From contig JBAZVG010000001.1 in the NCBI GenBank assembly GCA_041661005.1, positions 671,515 through 735,514 of the forward strand: a stretch of DNA of 64,000 nt, written 5' to 3'. The position numbers were made by a program, and so were the translations under genes. Source of the DNA: Minisyncoccota bacterium (lineage in GTDB: Bacteria > Patescibacteriota > Minisyncoccia > Phycocordibacterales > UBA9973). Below, piece by piece: positions 1 through 8,694 of this stretch. The notes beneath the pieces were generated by a model. That model saw only the letters and a list, made by a program, of their open reading frames with translations. It was not told the origin of the DNA and made no database searches. The first letter of the stretch is position 1. Each line of letters opens with the position of its first letter.

Positions 1-2492
1 ACGCACGCCAATTTTTGAATCAAATGCCCAAACCAGATGTAGATGAAATTACTGGTCTTTCTCCAGCGATTTCGATTGATCAAAAATCTCGTTCGAACAA
101 TCCGCGTTCGACAGTGGCTACAATTACTGAAATTTATGATTACCTTCGAGTTATGTATGCGCGCATCGGACATCCGCATTGTCCAAAATGTGGAGAAGAA
201 ATTAAAAAACTTTCGAACGAAGAAATTTTAAATTTTGTTTTAGAAAAGATAGATGTTTTGAGTAAAAATTCAAAGAACAACAAAAAAATTATGGGAGTGG
301 AGTGGAATGAGATGCAAATTAATATTTTCTCCCCAATAGTGCGTGGACGGAAAGGGGAATATTATCAATTACTTTATGATTTGCTTGGAAAAGGTTTTTC
401 TGAAATTCGTCTCGATGGGGTGATGAAGAAGCTCCGTGAACAAATAACTCTTTCAAAAAATAAAGCTCACAAAATTGATATTTTAGTCGATAATTTTGCC
501 ATACACGAGTTTAAAGATAATAAAGAAAATAGTCGAATGCGTCTTTCTGAAGCGATTGAACGTGCGTTGATTGAATCTGATGGTCTTGTGACGATTTCTT
601 TTGGTAATCCGGAGCAGAAACATACTTTTTCGAATGGTCTGGCCGGGGGAGGGACCCGGGGAACCGAGGACCTGAGTAAAAAGAATGTTTCTACGGAGGA
701 GGAATTTATTATGTCCGCGAAATTTGCTTGCAAAAATGATGGTTTCTCTTTCCCTGAAGTTGAACCTCGATTATTCTCCTTCAATTCTCCGTATGGCGCA
801 TGTTCGGCCTGCAACGGTCTCGGCTCAAAATATTTTATGGGATCGGAACCTTGTGATGTTTGTCATGGTGCGCGACTTCGTCCTGAAGCCTTGAATGTTT
901 TTTTAACTGCTTCAAAAAAGAAAGTTAATATTTTAGATCTCTCTTCTTTGTCAATTGCTGATGCGCATGATTTTTTTAAAAATTTAAAACTTTCAGAACA
1001 GGAAAAAGAAATATCTGTGCCAGTGGTGCGTGAAATTGAAGCTCGACTTCAATTTATGTTAGATGTTGGCCTCGATTATCTACAGCTTTCTCGCAAGGCC
1101 AACACGCTTTCAGGCGGTGAAGCTCAACGCATTCGACTTGCTTCTCAGCTTGGTTCGCGTCTTGTTGGTGCGCTTTATGTTTTAGATGAACCTACAATCG
1201 GTCTGCATCAACGCGACAACGATCGGCTGATAACAACATTGCAAAATTTGCGGGATTTGGGCAATACTATTTTGATTGTAGAACACGATGAAGACACTAT
1301 TTACGCCTCGGATTATATTGTAGATATTGGACCAAAAGCTGGGGTGCATGGTGGAGAAGTCATTGTGTCTGGATATCTAGAAGAGTTATTAACTGCCAAC
1401 CTCGTAGGAAAAAATACTAAGTCTAGGACCCTTGGCTACCTAAGAGGTGAATTAAAAATAGAAGTTCCCAAGAAGCGACGCGATTCAAAAGGACAGTTGC
1501 GTATCGCCGGAGGAAAAATTTTCAACATAAATAATTTAAATGTTGAAGTTCCCCTCGGTGTGATGACTTCTATTACTGGAGTGTCTGGTTCCGGAAAAAG
1601 TTCTTTTATGTATGAGATTCTTTATAAAAATCTTCAGGCTCGATATGAACGCAAATATCGTTCAGCGCAGGTGTTTAATTGTTCTTCATTTTCGGGTACT
1701 GAATATCTCTCTCGCGTAATTTTGATCGACCAGTCTCCAATCGGCAGAACTCCACGTTCAAATTTGGCGACTTACACAGGTGCGTTTACCCACATTCGAG
1801 ATCTTTTTGCCACGACGGAAGAAGCACGATTGCGTGGCTGGAAAGCAAACCGGTTTTCTTTTAATGTGAAAGGTGGTCGCTGTGAAGCTTGCGAGGGAAA
1901 CGGTGAATTGGCTGTCGAGATGCATTTTTTGCCAACAGTTTATGTGACTTGCGATGTCTGTAATGGAAAACGTTTCGACAAAGAAACTTTAACGGTAAAA
2001 TACAAAAAGAAAAATATTTATGAAGTTCTGCACATGACTGTCGAAAATGGACTTGTCTTTTTTAAAGATATTCCAGCTATTTCTGATAGATTGCAAACTC
2101 TCCTCGATGTGGGGCTTGGCTACCTAGAGCTTGGCCAGAGCGCGACAACGCTCTCTGGAGGAGAGGCGCAACGGGTAAAGATATCTAGCGAGCTTTACCG
2201 TCCACACACAGAAAAAACAATCTATCTTTTAGACGAGCCGACGGTCGGACTTCATTATGACGATGTACAGAAACTTCTAGAAGTTTTAAATAAACTTGTG
2301 GTAAAAGGCAACACCGTTGTTCTCATAGAGCACAACCTTGATATTATAAAAAGCTCGGATTACATTATAGACATAGGTCCCGAAGGGGGAGTAAATGGAG
2401 GTAATTTGGTGGCCAAAGGCACCCCAGAAGAAGTGGCCAATAATTTAAAGAGTTATACGGGAAAGTATTTAAAGAAAGCTCTACGCAAATGA
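1..2492 (+). CDS. uvrA: Excinuclease ABC subunit A (5' end lies upstream of the window)
   Basis: ARQFL at the window edge, GLSPAISIDQ, zinc fingers, two LSGGEAQR ABC signatures, GVSGSGKS Walker A. Confidence 0.98.
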   Translation, partial: ARQFLNQMPKPDVDEITGLSPAISIDQKSRSNNPRSTVATITEIYDYLRVMYARIGHPHCPKCGEEIKKLSNEEILNFVLEKIDVLSKNSKNNKKIMGVEWNEMQINIFSPIVRGRKGEYYQLLYDLLGKGFSEIRLDGVMKKLREQITLSKNKAHKIDILVDNFAIHEFKDNKENSRMRLSEAIERALIESDGLVTISFGNPEQKHTFSNGLAGGGTRGTEDLSKKNVSTEEEFIMSAKFACKNDGFSFPEVEPRLFSFNSPYGACSACNGLGSKYFMGSEPCDVCHGARLRPEALNVFLTASKKKVNILDLSSLSIADAHDFFKNLKLSEQEKEISVPVVREIEARLQFMLDVGLDYLQLSRKANTLSGGEAQRIRLASQLGSRLVGALYVLDEPTIGLHQRDNDRLITTLQNLRDLGNTILIVEHDEDTIYASDYIVDIGPKAGVHGGEVIVSGYLEELLTANLVGKNTKSRTLGYLRGELKIEVPKKRRDSKGQLRIAGGKIFNINNLNVEVPLGVMTSITGVSGSGKSSFMYEILYKNLQARYERKYRSAQVFNCSSFSGTEYLSRVILIDQSPIGRTPRSNLATYTGAFTHIRDLFATTEEARLRGWKANRFSFNVKGGRCEACEGNGELAVEMHFLPTVYVTCDVCNGKRFDKETLTVKYKKKNIYEVLHMTVENGLVFFKDIPAISDRLQTLLDVGLGYLELGQSATTLSGGEAQRVKISSELYRPHTEKTIYLLDEPTVGLHYDDVQKLLEVLNKLVVKGNTVVLIEHNLDIIKSSDYIIDIGPEGGVNGGNLVAKGTPEEVANNLKSYTGKYLKKALRK
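609..696 (+). repeat. Long palindromic element, family A, in frame in uvrA
   Basis: Arms AGAAACATACTTTTT (616-630) / AAAAAGAATGTTTCT (678-692); GC-rich core homologous to the reverse complement of 2518-2563. Confidence 0.85.
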
Positions 2493-2499
2493 TAGTTTC

Positions 2500-2581
2500 G
2501 CCAGCAGAAGCATTTATTCAGGTCCTCGGTTCTCTGGGGCCCCGCGCCCCAGCCAGACCGTTCATAAATGCTTCTGCTGGC
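2500..2581 (-). repeat. Long palindromic element, family A, intergenic uvrA-uvrC
   Basis: Perfect 18-bp inverted repeat GCCAGCAGAAGCATTTAT (2500-2517 / 2564-2581); core matches the uvrA insert in the opposite orientation. Confidence 0.9.
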
Positions 2582-2594
2582 TTCACATAAATAT

Positions 2595-3968
2595 ATGAAA
2601 ATTGAATCTTTTAAAAAATCAAGATTGCCTGACAAACCAGGTGTTTATTTCTTTAAGAATAAGAAGAGTATTTTATATATCGGAAAGGCGACTTCCTTGC
2701 GGGATAGAGTAAAAAGTTATTTTGGCAAAGACCTGATTGAAACAAGGGGTCCAATACTTGTGGATATGGTTTTTAATGCGGCAAAAATTGACTGGCAAGT
2801 TACTGATAGTGTGCTTGAAGCCATAATCCTTGAAGCGAATCTAATAAAAAAATATCAGCCGAAATATAATACAAAAGAAAAATCTGACAAAAGTTTTAAT
2901 TATGTTTGCATTACAAGAGAACCTTTACCCAAGGTGGTTATCGTGCGGGGTAAAAACCTCGCCCCTTTCCATTTTTCGTCCCTGCGCCCTTCCCTTGAGT
3001 ACAAGGGCGGGACCCTCGGGAAGCTCAAAATAGAAAGGGGCTCGGTTTCATTTACTAGCATATTTGGTCCTTATACTAGCGGTTCTCAACTTCGTGAGGC
3101 GATGAAAATTATCCGCAGAATTTTCCCCTTTTTAGATGATAAAAGTAAAAATTATATGGAGTTTTATAGGCAGATAAATTTAGTGCCTGATTTGGATGAC
3201 CTGCCTCGACTAGGCAAGGCGGGTCGAAAAATGTATTTACAAAATATTAGAAATATAAAATTGTTTTTTGAGGGTAAAAAGAAAAAAGTTTTGCAAAATT
3301 TACAGAAAGAAATGAAAGAATATGCGCAAAAGCATGAATTCGAAAAAGCGGGTGAAGTGAAAAGACAAATTTTTGCTTTGCAACATATTAATGATATAGC
3401 TCTTTTAAGGAACGGAGAGCAGTATGTTCTCAAGGGAACCCTTGGTAGGAGTGGCGACGACGGACAGAGAAAATTTCCAGCAGGAAATTTTCGTGGTGAG
3501 TCTGAGAATATGCTGCTAGAAGTTTTTAAGATAGAAGCCTATGACATCGCCCACATGGGGGGCAAAAATATGGTGGGGGTGATGACTGTTGTTGAAGATG
3601 GGGAAGTAAACAAAAGCGAATACAAAAAATTCAAAATAAAAACTCAAATTAATGCGAATGACACAGGAGCGCTCAAAGAGGTTTTAGAGAGACGTTTGAG
3701 ACACACAGAATGGCCTTTTCCATCTTTAATCGTTGTCGATGGGGGAGTTGCCCAGTTAAATGTGGTAAAAACCGTCTTAAATAAAATAAGTGTAAATATT
3801 CCAGTGGTATCAGTGGTAAAGGATGAAAAACATAACCCAAAAAGTATCATGGGTAATGAAGAATTTATTTCTAAATATAAATCATCTATTTTACTTGCAA
3901 ACAATGAAGCGCACAGGTTTGCCATTGCTTACCATAAAAACATGCGCAATAAAAATTTCTTAAAATGA
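2595..3968 (+). CDS. uvrC: UvrC-family excinuclease (GIY-YIG, UVR and RNase H-like domains; no HhH tail)
   Basis: LPDKPGVYFF, YIGKATSLRDRVKSYF, LEANLIKKYQPKYN, IEAYDIAH, VDGG; start moved to MKIES because the ORF-track start lies inside the repeat. Confidence 0.93.
   Translation: MKIESFKKSRLPDKPGVYFFKNKKSILYIGKATSLRDRVKSYFGKDLIETRGPILVDMVFNAAKIDWQVTDSVLEAIILEANLIKKYQPKYNTKEKSDKSFNYVCITREPLPKVVIVRGKNLAPFHFSSLRPSLEYKGGTLGKLKIERGSVSFTSIFGPYTSGSQLREAMKIIRRIFPFLDDKSKNYMEFYRQINLVPDLDDLPRLGKAGRKMYLQNIRNIKLFFEGKKKKVLQNLQKEMKEYAQKHEFEKAGEVKRQIFALQHINDIALLRNGEQYVLKGTLGRSGDDGQRKFPAGNFRGESENMLLEVFKIEAYDIAHMGGKNMVGVMTVVEDGEVNKSEYKKFKIKTQINANDTGALKEVLERRLRHTEWPFPSLIVVDGGVAQLNVVKTVLNKISVNIPVVSVVKDEKHNPKSIMGNEEFISKYKSSILLANNEAHRFAIAYHKNMRNKNFLK
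2954..3048 (+). repeat. Long palindromic element, family D, in frame in uvrC
   Basis: Arms AAACC-TC-GCCCCTTTCCATTTT / AAAATAGAAAGGGGC-TC-GGTTT; inner hairpin CCCTTG/CAAGGG; encodes NLAPFHFSSLRP...IERGSV. Confidence 0.8.
3200..3223 (+). repeat. Short CCTGCC..GGCGGG hairpin element in frame in uvrC
   Basis: CCTGCCTCGACTAGGCAAGGCGGG, 24 nt, encodes LPRLGKAG; same ends as the recJ insert. Confidence 0.75.
3418..3517 (+). repeat. Long palindromic element, family B, in frame in uvrC
   Basis: Arms AGCAGTATGTTCTCA / TGAGAATATGCTGCT; 64-nt core 62/64 identical to 47214-47277. Confidence 0.95.
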
Positions 3969-4450
3969 AAAAAAATACAGAAAATATTTTAATATTGCAT
4001 GATATCAGAAGTGTAGAAAATGTCGGCGCGATGTTTCGGACGGCGGACGCGGCTGGGATAGATAAAATTTACTTGACTGGCTACACATCTGCGCCACTTG
4101 ATAGGTTTGGGAGGAAAAGAAAAGATTTAGCAAAGTCGGCTCTAGGTGCGGAAGAATTTGTGCCTTGGGAACAGAAAAAAAATGTTAAATCACTGCTTTT
4201 ACAATTAAAGAAAAATAAATTTCTAATTATCGGTATCGAGCAAGATGAAAAGTCAGTTGATTATAAAACCCTTCGACTTCGCTCAGGGCAAGGAAATGTA
4301 TTTATTGTGGGTAGTGAGGTAGGTGGCATACCAAAAAATATTCTTAAAAAATGTGACATAATTGCCGAGATTCCAATGAAAGGTAAAAAAGAGTCACTGA
4401 ATGTTTCTGTTGCGCTTGGAGTGGCGATTTTCAGAATTTGCAATTTGTAA
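3965..4450 (+). CDS. TrmH/SpoU-family RNA methyltransferase
   Basis: NVGAMFRTADAAG, GSEVGG, IPMKGKKESLNVSVA SPOUT motifs. Confidence 0.93.
   Translation: MKKNTENILILHDIRSVENVGAMFRTADAAGIDKIYLTGYTSAPLDRFGRKRKDLAKSALGAEEFVPWEQKKNVKSLLLQLKKNKFLIIGIEQDEKSVDYKTLRLRSGQGNVFIVGSEVGGIPKNILKKCDIIAEIPMKGKKESLNVSVALGVAIFRICNL
4269..4292 (-). repeat. 24-nt CTTG-NNN-TGAGC..GTCGAA-NNN element in frame in the TrmH gene
   Basis: Minus strand CTTG-CCC-TGAGCGAAGTCGAA-GGG; encodes LRLRSGQ; same layout as 14220 and 14389. Confidence 0.75.
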
Positions 4451-4469
4451 CTGAATTCTAATAAATGAC

Positions 4470-4693
4470 TTGCTTTTTAAAATAATTCATGCTAAATTAT
4501 AGAAGTTACCAAGCTGGTTGCATACGCGTCAGCCCATGATAATGAAGATGCGAATTTAAAGTAGCTACCTTTGTTTCATAGGTCACTTAATCTTTAGTTG
4601 GATTAGTGAGAGGTGCCAAGCATAAGCTGGTATTTCCGGTCGATCTATTTTGGGAAAATCAGATTTGTGAGGTGCGTATGAGCGCACTTTTTT
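4470..4693 (+). promoter_or_regulatory. Sigma70-like promoter, ~190-nt structured leader and intrinsic terminator upstream of the AIPR gene
   Basis: TTGCTT (4470-75), 17 bp, TG-n-TAAATT (4493-98); hairpin GTGCG-TATGAG-CGCAC followed by T6 (4672-4693). Confidence 0.55.
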
Positions 4694-4724
4694 GCGTTGA
4701 TTATTAAAATAATATAAAAATAAT

Positions 4725-5909
4725 ATGCAAACAACACAAATCAAAATAAAGAAATTAGCTTCATTTAGAAAGGTTTTTAGTTCTCCATCTGGAAAAAGTA
4801 AAAACATATTTATAGCAGTAGTTAATATTCAAGATATTCCTAAGGAACTTGAAAATTGGCTTGCCATAAATCCGAGAGAAGCAACAACTTCTTCTGGGGT
4901 CAGTAAAAAGATTCAGGCTTCCTTGGTTGAACAACCAGAAGCTTTTGTTTTTAAAAACAGGGGATTGACCGTAATAACTCAAGGAATAAATTTTGACGCT
5001 ACCTCAAATACAGCTTCACTTGAGATGAGAGATCCCAAAATTCACGGGTTATTAGATGGAGGCCATACCTTTAGAGTAATTCAAAATGAATTGACAAATA
5101 CTACAGATGGCAGAGAAGATCTTAAAAATGCTTATGTAAGAATCGAATTTCTTGAAGGCTTTGATGATCTAAACGAAGTTGTCGATATTGTGGATGCTAG
5201 AAATCGATCAGCTCAAGTTAAAGAACAGAGTCTAGAAGAATTAAGAAATCATTTTGAAGCTATAAAGGAAGTTCTTAAAGATCAACCTTACGCAAACAGG
5301 ATCGCTTACAAAGAAATTGAGTTATTAGAAGACGGATCAAAAAAAGATATAGATATTAAAGATATATTATCTTATCTAGTCTGTTTTGATGCAGAAGCGT
5401 TCTCTGATACGAAGCACCCTATTTCTGCGTATTCAGCAAAAGCAACAGCACTGCGACACTACACTGATAATCGTGATCGTTTGGCTAAATATACCCCTCT
5501 TTTGCCCAAGGTACTTAAGTTGGTAGATACAATAAAGCAAGATTTACCGAAAGCCTATAATTCTCAAGGAGGCAGATGGGGTGGTCTACAAGGAGTAATT
5601 ACTGAAAAGGAAAACAAGAAAAAAATTGAGTTACCTTTTATAAGTAGTGACTCAGAATATCAAACACCTTCAGGTTTTATTTACCCAATTCTTGCATCTT
5701 TTCGCTCCCTTGTGGATGTTTCAAAAAACAAGGTAAGCTGGAAAGCAGATCCCGTCGATTTGTTTTCAGAGGTAAAAAAGATGCTTGCTGAGGCTATTGG
5801 TGAACAAGCGATAGAATTTAGGAATCCTAATAAATTAGGTAAAGATAGTGCTACATGGAGATTATGTTATGCTCTGGTTGCTCTTGAGGTTGCTAAAAGA
5901 GGATATTAA
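4725..5909 (+). CDS. AIPR-family (abortive infection phage resistance) protein
   Basis: NPRE..SGV.KKI..SL, FVFKNRGLTV, GLLDGGHT resemble the AIPR motifs N.R, F...N.GI, I.DG.QT. Confidence 0.8.
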   Translation: MQTTQIKIKKLASFRKVFSSPSGKSKNIFIAVVNIQDIPKELENWLAINPREATTSSGVSKKIQASLVEQPEAFVFKNRGLTVITQGINFDATSNTASLEMRDPKIHGLLDGGHTFRVIQNELTNTTDGREDLKNAYVRIEFLEGFDDLNEVVDIVDARNRSAQVKEQSLEELRNHFEAIKEVLKDQPYANRIAYKEIELLEDGSKKDIDIKDILSYLVCFDAEAFSDTKHPISAYSAKATALRHYTDNRDRLAKYTPLLPKVLKLVDTIKQDLPKAYNSQGGRWGGLQGVITEKENKKKIELPFISSDSEYQTPSGFIYPILASFRSLVDVSKNKVSWKADPVDLFSEVKKMLAEAIGEQAIEFRNPNKLGKDSATWRLCYALVALEVAKRGY

Positions 5910-5931
5910 AATTTTTCTTTATGCTACAGTC

Positions 5932-5964
5932 AACAAAAAAGCCATCATTGATGGCTTTTTTGTT
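5932..5964. terminator. Bidirectional intrinsic terminator
   Basis: AACAAAAAAGCCATC-ATT-GATGGCTTTTTTGTT between convergent genes. Confidence 0.85.
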
Positions 5965-5972
5965 CTGTTGTT

Positions 5973-6935
5973 TTATTTCTGACAGTTTGGACAAAAGATA
6001 GTTGTACGAGTTTGAATGATCGTCTTTTCTAATGGTTTGCCACAGTTGGTGCACATTTTTCCAGCCTTTCCATATACTTTATGTTCTCTCGCATAATTGC
6101 CACGAGTCTCATCGAGCAGGCGATATGTGGCTACCGAAGAACCACCCAATTTTATTGCTCTTTTCATGATGCGGATTATTGCTTTATGTAATTTTTTTGC
6201 TTCTGTATTAGAGATAGAAGATGAACTTCGGTCTGGTCGGATTCTTGATTCAAACAGGCTTTCGTCTGCATAAATATTTCCTAAGCCTGTAACTATTTTC
6301 TGATCCATCAATACTGCTTTTATTTTACCTTTTTTGTTTTTCAGCGCGTCAAAAAAATATTTAGATGTAAACTTTTTTGATAGTGGTTCTAATCCATAAT
6401 TGCCGAAATGATTTTCCATCTCAAAGTCTTTAATGCTCGGATAATACAATAAGTAGCCAAACATACGAGTATCATTGTAATAAAGTGTTCCATGATTTAG
6501 TTTAAATGTTATATGAGTATGTTTATTTGGAAGTTGTTTTTCAGAAAGTTCTATCGGGTGCCCGCCTGCAACAGCTATGCTGTAAGCATTGCGGGCAGGC
6601 CCGCCAATTATTTTTTCTTCAGTTTTGCTCCGCCTTGCCGTAGCTTTGTGCGAAGGCAGGTATACGAATTGCCCAGACATTTTTAAATGTGCCAGAATAA
6701 TTTTCCCGTGGCTTAATTTAAAAATCAGATTTTTTGCCCGACGTTCGACACTAATAAATTTTTCTCCGGCAACCCCTTGGATAAATTTATTTTTCTGTTT
6801 TAAAGAAGCTATGCGCAGAGTTCCCTTGCCGGAAACGAGTTTTGGTTTTTTTATTTCTACTCGGCGAATTTTCTGACTTACAATAGTGCGGCTCAGTCCT
6901 TGACGTAGATTTTCCACTTCTGGTAATTCCGGCAT
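5973..6935 (-). CDS. mutM: Formamidopyrimidine-DNA glycosylase (Fpg)
   Basis: MPELPEVE, HLKMSG, GLGNIYADE, C-terminal zinc finger. Confidence 0.97.
   Translation of the reverse strand: MPELPEVENLRQGLSRTIVSQKIRRVEIKKPKLVSGKGTLRIASLKQKNKFIQGVAGEKFISVERRAKNLIFKLSHGKIILAHLKMSGQFVYLPSHKATARRSKTEEKIIGGPARNAYSIAVAGGHPIELSEKQLPNKHTHITFKLNHGTLYYNDTRMFGYLLYYPSIKDFEMENHFGNYGLEPLSKKFTSKYFFDALKNKKGKIKAVLMDQKIVTGLGNIYADESLFESRIRPDRSSSSISNTEAKKLHKAIIRIMKRAIKLGGSSVATYRLLDETRGNYAREHKVYGKAGKMCTNCGKPLEKTIIQTRTTIFCPNCQK
6561..6599 (-). repeat. 39-nt CCTGCC..GGCGGG element in frame in mutM
   Basis: Encodes PARNAYSIAVAGG; 35/39 identical to 19318-19356. Confidence 0.93.
6628..6660 (-). repeat. 33-nt CCTGCC..GGCGG element in frame in mutM
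   Basis: Minus strand CCTGCCTTCGCACAAAGCTACGGCAAGGCGGAG; encodes LPSHKATARR. Confidence 0.7.
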
Positions 6936-6944
6936 ATTTGAGTT

Positions 6945-7547
6945 TTACTTATTTCCCAAAATTTTAAGAGCTTCGCGGATTTTTTTATTTGTATCCAAAT
7001 CAGAAGAAACTTTTTTCAATGCGTCACGAGCTTCATTTTGAGAATATCCTAAAGATTTGAGCGCTTCTAAAACATCCAATTCTCCCTGCAAGTAACTGCC
7101 ACCCTTCTCGTCCTTTGTCTCTTTTGCCATTTTATCTCGCAGTTCGATTACTATCTTTTCTGCCGTTTTTTTGCCAATGCCGGATATTTTTGTCAGATAC
7201 GATGTGTCGCCTGTACCTATGGCTTTACGCAGTGTTTCAACTGAAGTAATTCCCAAGATAGCGAGCGCCGATTTTGGTCCGATGCCGGATACGCCCAGAA
7301 GCATTTCGAAGAATTCTAATTCTTTGTATTCCAGAAATCCGTATAGATCTAGCGCGTCTTCTCGCACATGGGTGTGAATCCAAAATGAGACAAGATCACT
7401 TGTTTCATTTTGCCCCGAGCTTTTGCGGGGAGCAAGCTTAGACAATGTATCCGGAGACACGCTAATTTTGTACCCAATCCCAGAAGTTTCAACAATTAAG
7501 AATTTCTCTGTTTTTAATATTATTTTTCCTTTTAAACTGCCGATCAT
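6945..7547 (-). CDS. ruvA: Holliday junction branch migration protein RuvA
   Basis: MIGSLKG, VREDALDLYGF, VSGIGPKSA, GIGKKTAEKIVIELRDK. Confidence 0.97.
   Translation of the reverse strand: MIGSLKGKIILKTEKFLIVETSGIGYKISVSPDTLSKLAPRKSSGQNETSDLVSFWIHTHVREDALDLYGFLEYKELEFFEMLLGVSGIGPKSALAILGITSVETLRKAIGTGDTSYLTKISGIGKKTAEKIVIELRDKMAKETKDEKGGSYLQGELDVLEALKSLGYSQNEARDALKKVSSDLDTNKKIREALKILGNK
7409..7436. repeat. Short GC hairpin element in frame in ruvA
   Basis: TTTG-CCCCG-AGCTTTTG-CGGGG; encodes APRKSSGQ. Confidence 0.55.
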
Positions 7548-7600
7548 AGATTAATCATAGCATATTTGTGTTTTTTCACGTTTTTTGCTATATTATATAT

Positions 7601-7855
7601 ATGCCAATAACACAGTCAGCTAAAAAAGCAATCAGAGGTTCCTTGCGTAAAAAGGCTTTTAATGACAGCCGTAAGCGCGCGATGAAGGAGATAATCAAGA
7701 AAATCGAGAAAATTGCTAAGACAGACAAGAAAGAGGCGCTTAAAATGCTATCTTCGGCTTTTGCTATCATAGACAAAGCAGCTCAAAAGAACGTTATCAA
7801 GAAAAACAATGCTGCTCGCAAGAAGGCTCGTTTATCAAGATTAACCAAAAGCTAG
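7601..7855 (+). CDS. rpsT: 30S ribosomal protein S20
   Basis: MPITQSAKKAIR...IDKAAQKNVIKKNNAARKKARL. Confidence 0.96.
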   Translation: MPITQSAKKAIRGSLRKKAFNDSRKRAMKEIIKKIEKIAKTDKKEALKMLSSAFAIIDKAAQKNVIKKNNAARKKARLSRLTKS

Positions 7856-7857
7856 AC

Positions 7858-7947
7858 ATTTTATTTTTTAGGGTACAGATTTTTTGAAGCTTAAAAAATC
7901 CTGAAGTTCTCGGCTCGCCAGCCTCGAAACCCCCTAAAAAACAAAAT
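7858..7947 (+). repeat. Long palindromic element, family C (copy 1)
   Basis: GATTTTTTGAAGCTTAAAAAATCCTGAAGTTCTCGGCTCGCCAGCCTCGAAACCCC, nearly identical to 45221-45276; outer arms TTTTTTAGGG / CCCTAAAAAA. Confidence 0.93.
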
Positions 7948-7964
7948 CTCCAGCTTTTTAAAAC

Positions 7965-8228
7965 ATGAACCATCTATTAGAATTCTATGGAACGGAATGC
8001 CCACATTGTGTAACAATGCATGGGTTAGTGGAAAAATTAGAAAAAGAAGAAGGAATAAAAGTTGAAAGCTTGGAAGTCTGGCACAACAAGGAAAATGAAA
8101 AGCGTCTTTTGGAATTAGATAAAGATTTGTGTGGCGGTGTTCCTTTTTTATATAACTTAAAATCAAAAAAGTGGATATGCGGGGAAGCGAGCTATGAAGA
8201 GCTAAAGAATTGGGCTCAAGATAAATAA
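7965..8228 (+). CDS. Thioredoxin/glutaredoxin-like protein
   Basis: CPHC active site, GVP motif. Confidence 0.85.
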   Translation: MNHLLEFYGTECPHCVTMHGLVEKLEKEEGIKVESLEVWHNKENEKRLLELDKDLCGGVPFLYNLKSKKWICGEASYEELKNWAQDK

Positions 8229-8240
8229 AAATAGACAAAA

Positions 8241-8270
8241 TAAAAAACCACCCGTGAGGGTGGTTTTTTA
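8241..8270. terminator. Bidirectional intrinsic terminator
   Basis: TAAAAAACCACCC-GTGA-GGGTGGTTTTTTA. Confidence 0.88.
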
Positions 8271-8280
8271 TTGGAAGAAT

Positions 8281-8304
8281 TCCCGCCGTGCTGGCCGGGA
8301 CAAG
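8281..8304 (-). repeat. Short CTTG-TCCCG..CGGGA hairpin element, intergenic
   Basis: TCCCGCCGTGCTGGCCGGGACAAG; same ends as 47674-47708 and 62708-62741. Confidence 0.6.
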
Positions 8305-8305
8305 C

Positions 8306-8503
8306 TTATGCGCGTTGTACGTTCACAGCATTCAATCCTTTTGGTGATTCCTCTGTTTCAAAAGAAACAGCATCACCTTCTTTGAGCTCATCAAAAGTTA
8401 CGCCAACTAGAGAATTGCTGTGAAAGAATAAATCCTTCGCAAGTCCTTCTCCAGTAATGAAGCCGAAACCTTTATCAGTGAGTCTTTTTATTGTACCAGT
8501 CAT
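8306..8503 (-). CDS. cspA: Cold-shock protein
   Basis: KGFGFI (RNP1), DLFFH (RNP2), KGLNAVNV; ~110-nt leader after TTGACA (8645-50) / TATGCT (8621-26). Confidence 0.95.
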   Translation of the reverse strand: MTGTIKRLTDKGFGFITGEGLAKDLFFHSNSLVGVTFDELKEGDAVSFETEESPKGLNAVNVQRA

Positions 8504-8694
8504 TGATTTTTAGTTAAATTATTAAAACAAAAGTGTTCTACGAAATCGACTCTTTTCTTTATCCATTCGGGTCGGGAAACTCTCCAGACCCTCAAGATCT
8601 ACGACCTACTTTGTCTATAGAGCATAGCATAATAGCACCCACTTTGTCAAGTCAGATTATATCTGTCGCTATTTTGTTTAAAATAGGCTAATCT

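Noticed and set aside
2568-2594. ORF-track start of uvrC (MLLLASHKY)
   Set aside because: The ATG lies in the arm of the palindromic element; 2595 fits the family better.
4540-4620. Lysine riboswitch-like words (GAAGATGCGA, AGTA, AGAGGTGC)
   Set aside because: Order and spacing do not fit the aptamer, and the downstream gene is unrelated to lysine.
7891-8238. 115-aa minus-strand ORF
   Set aside because: Antisense shadow of the thioredoxin-like gene running into a family C element.
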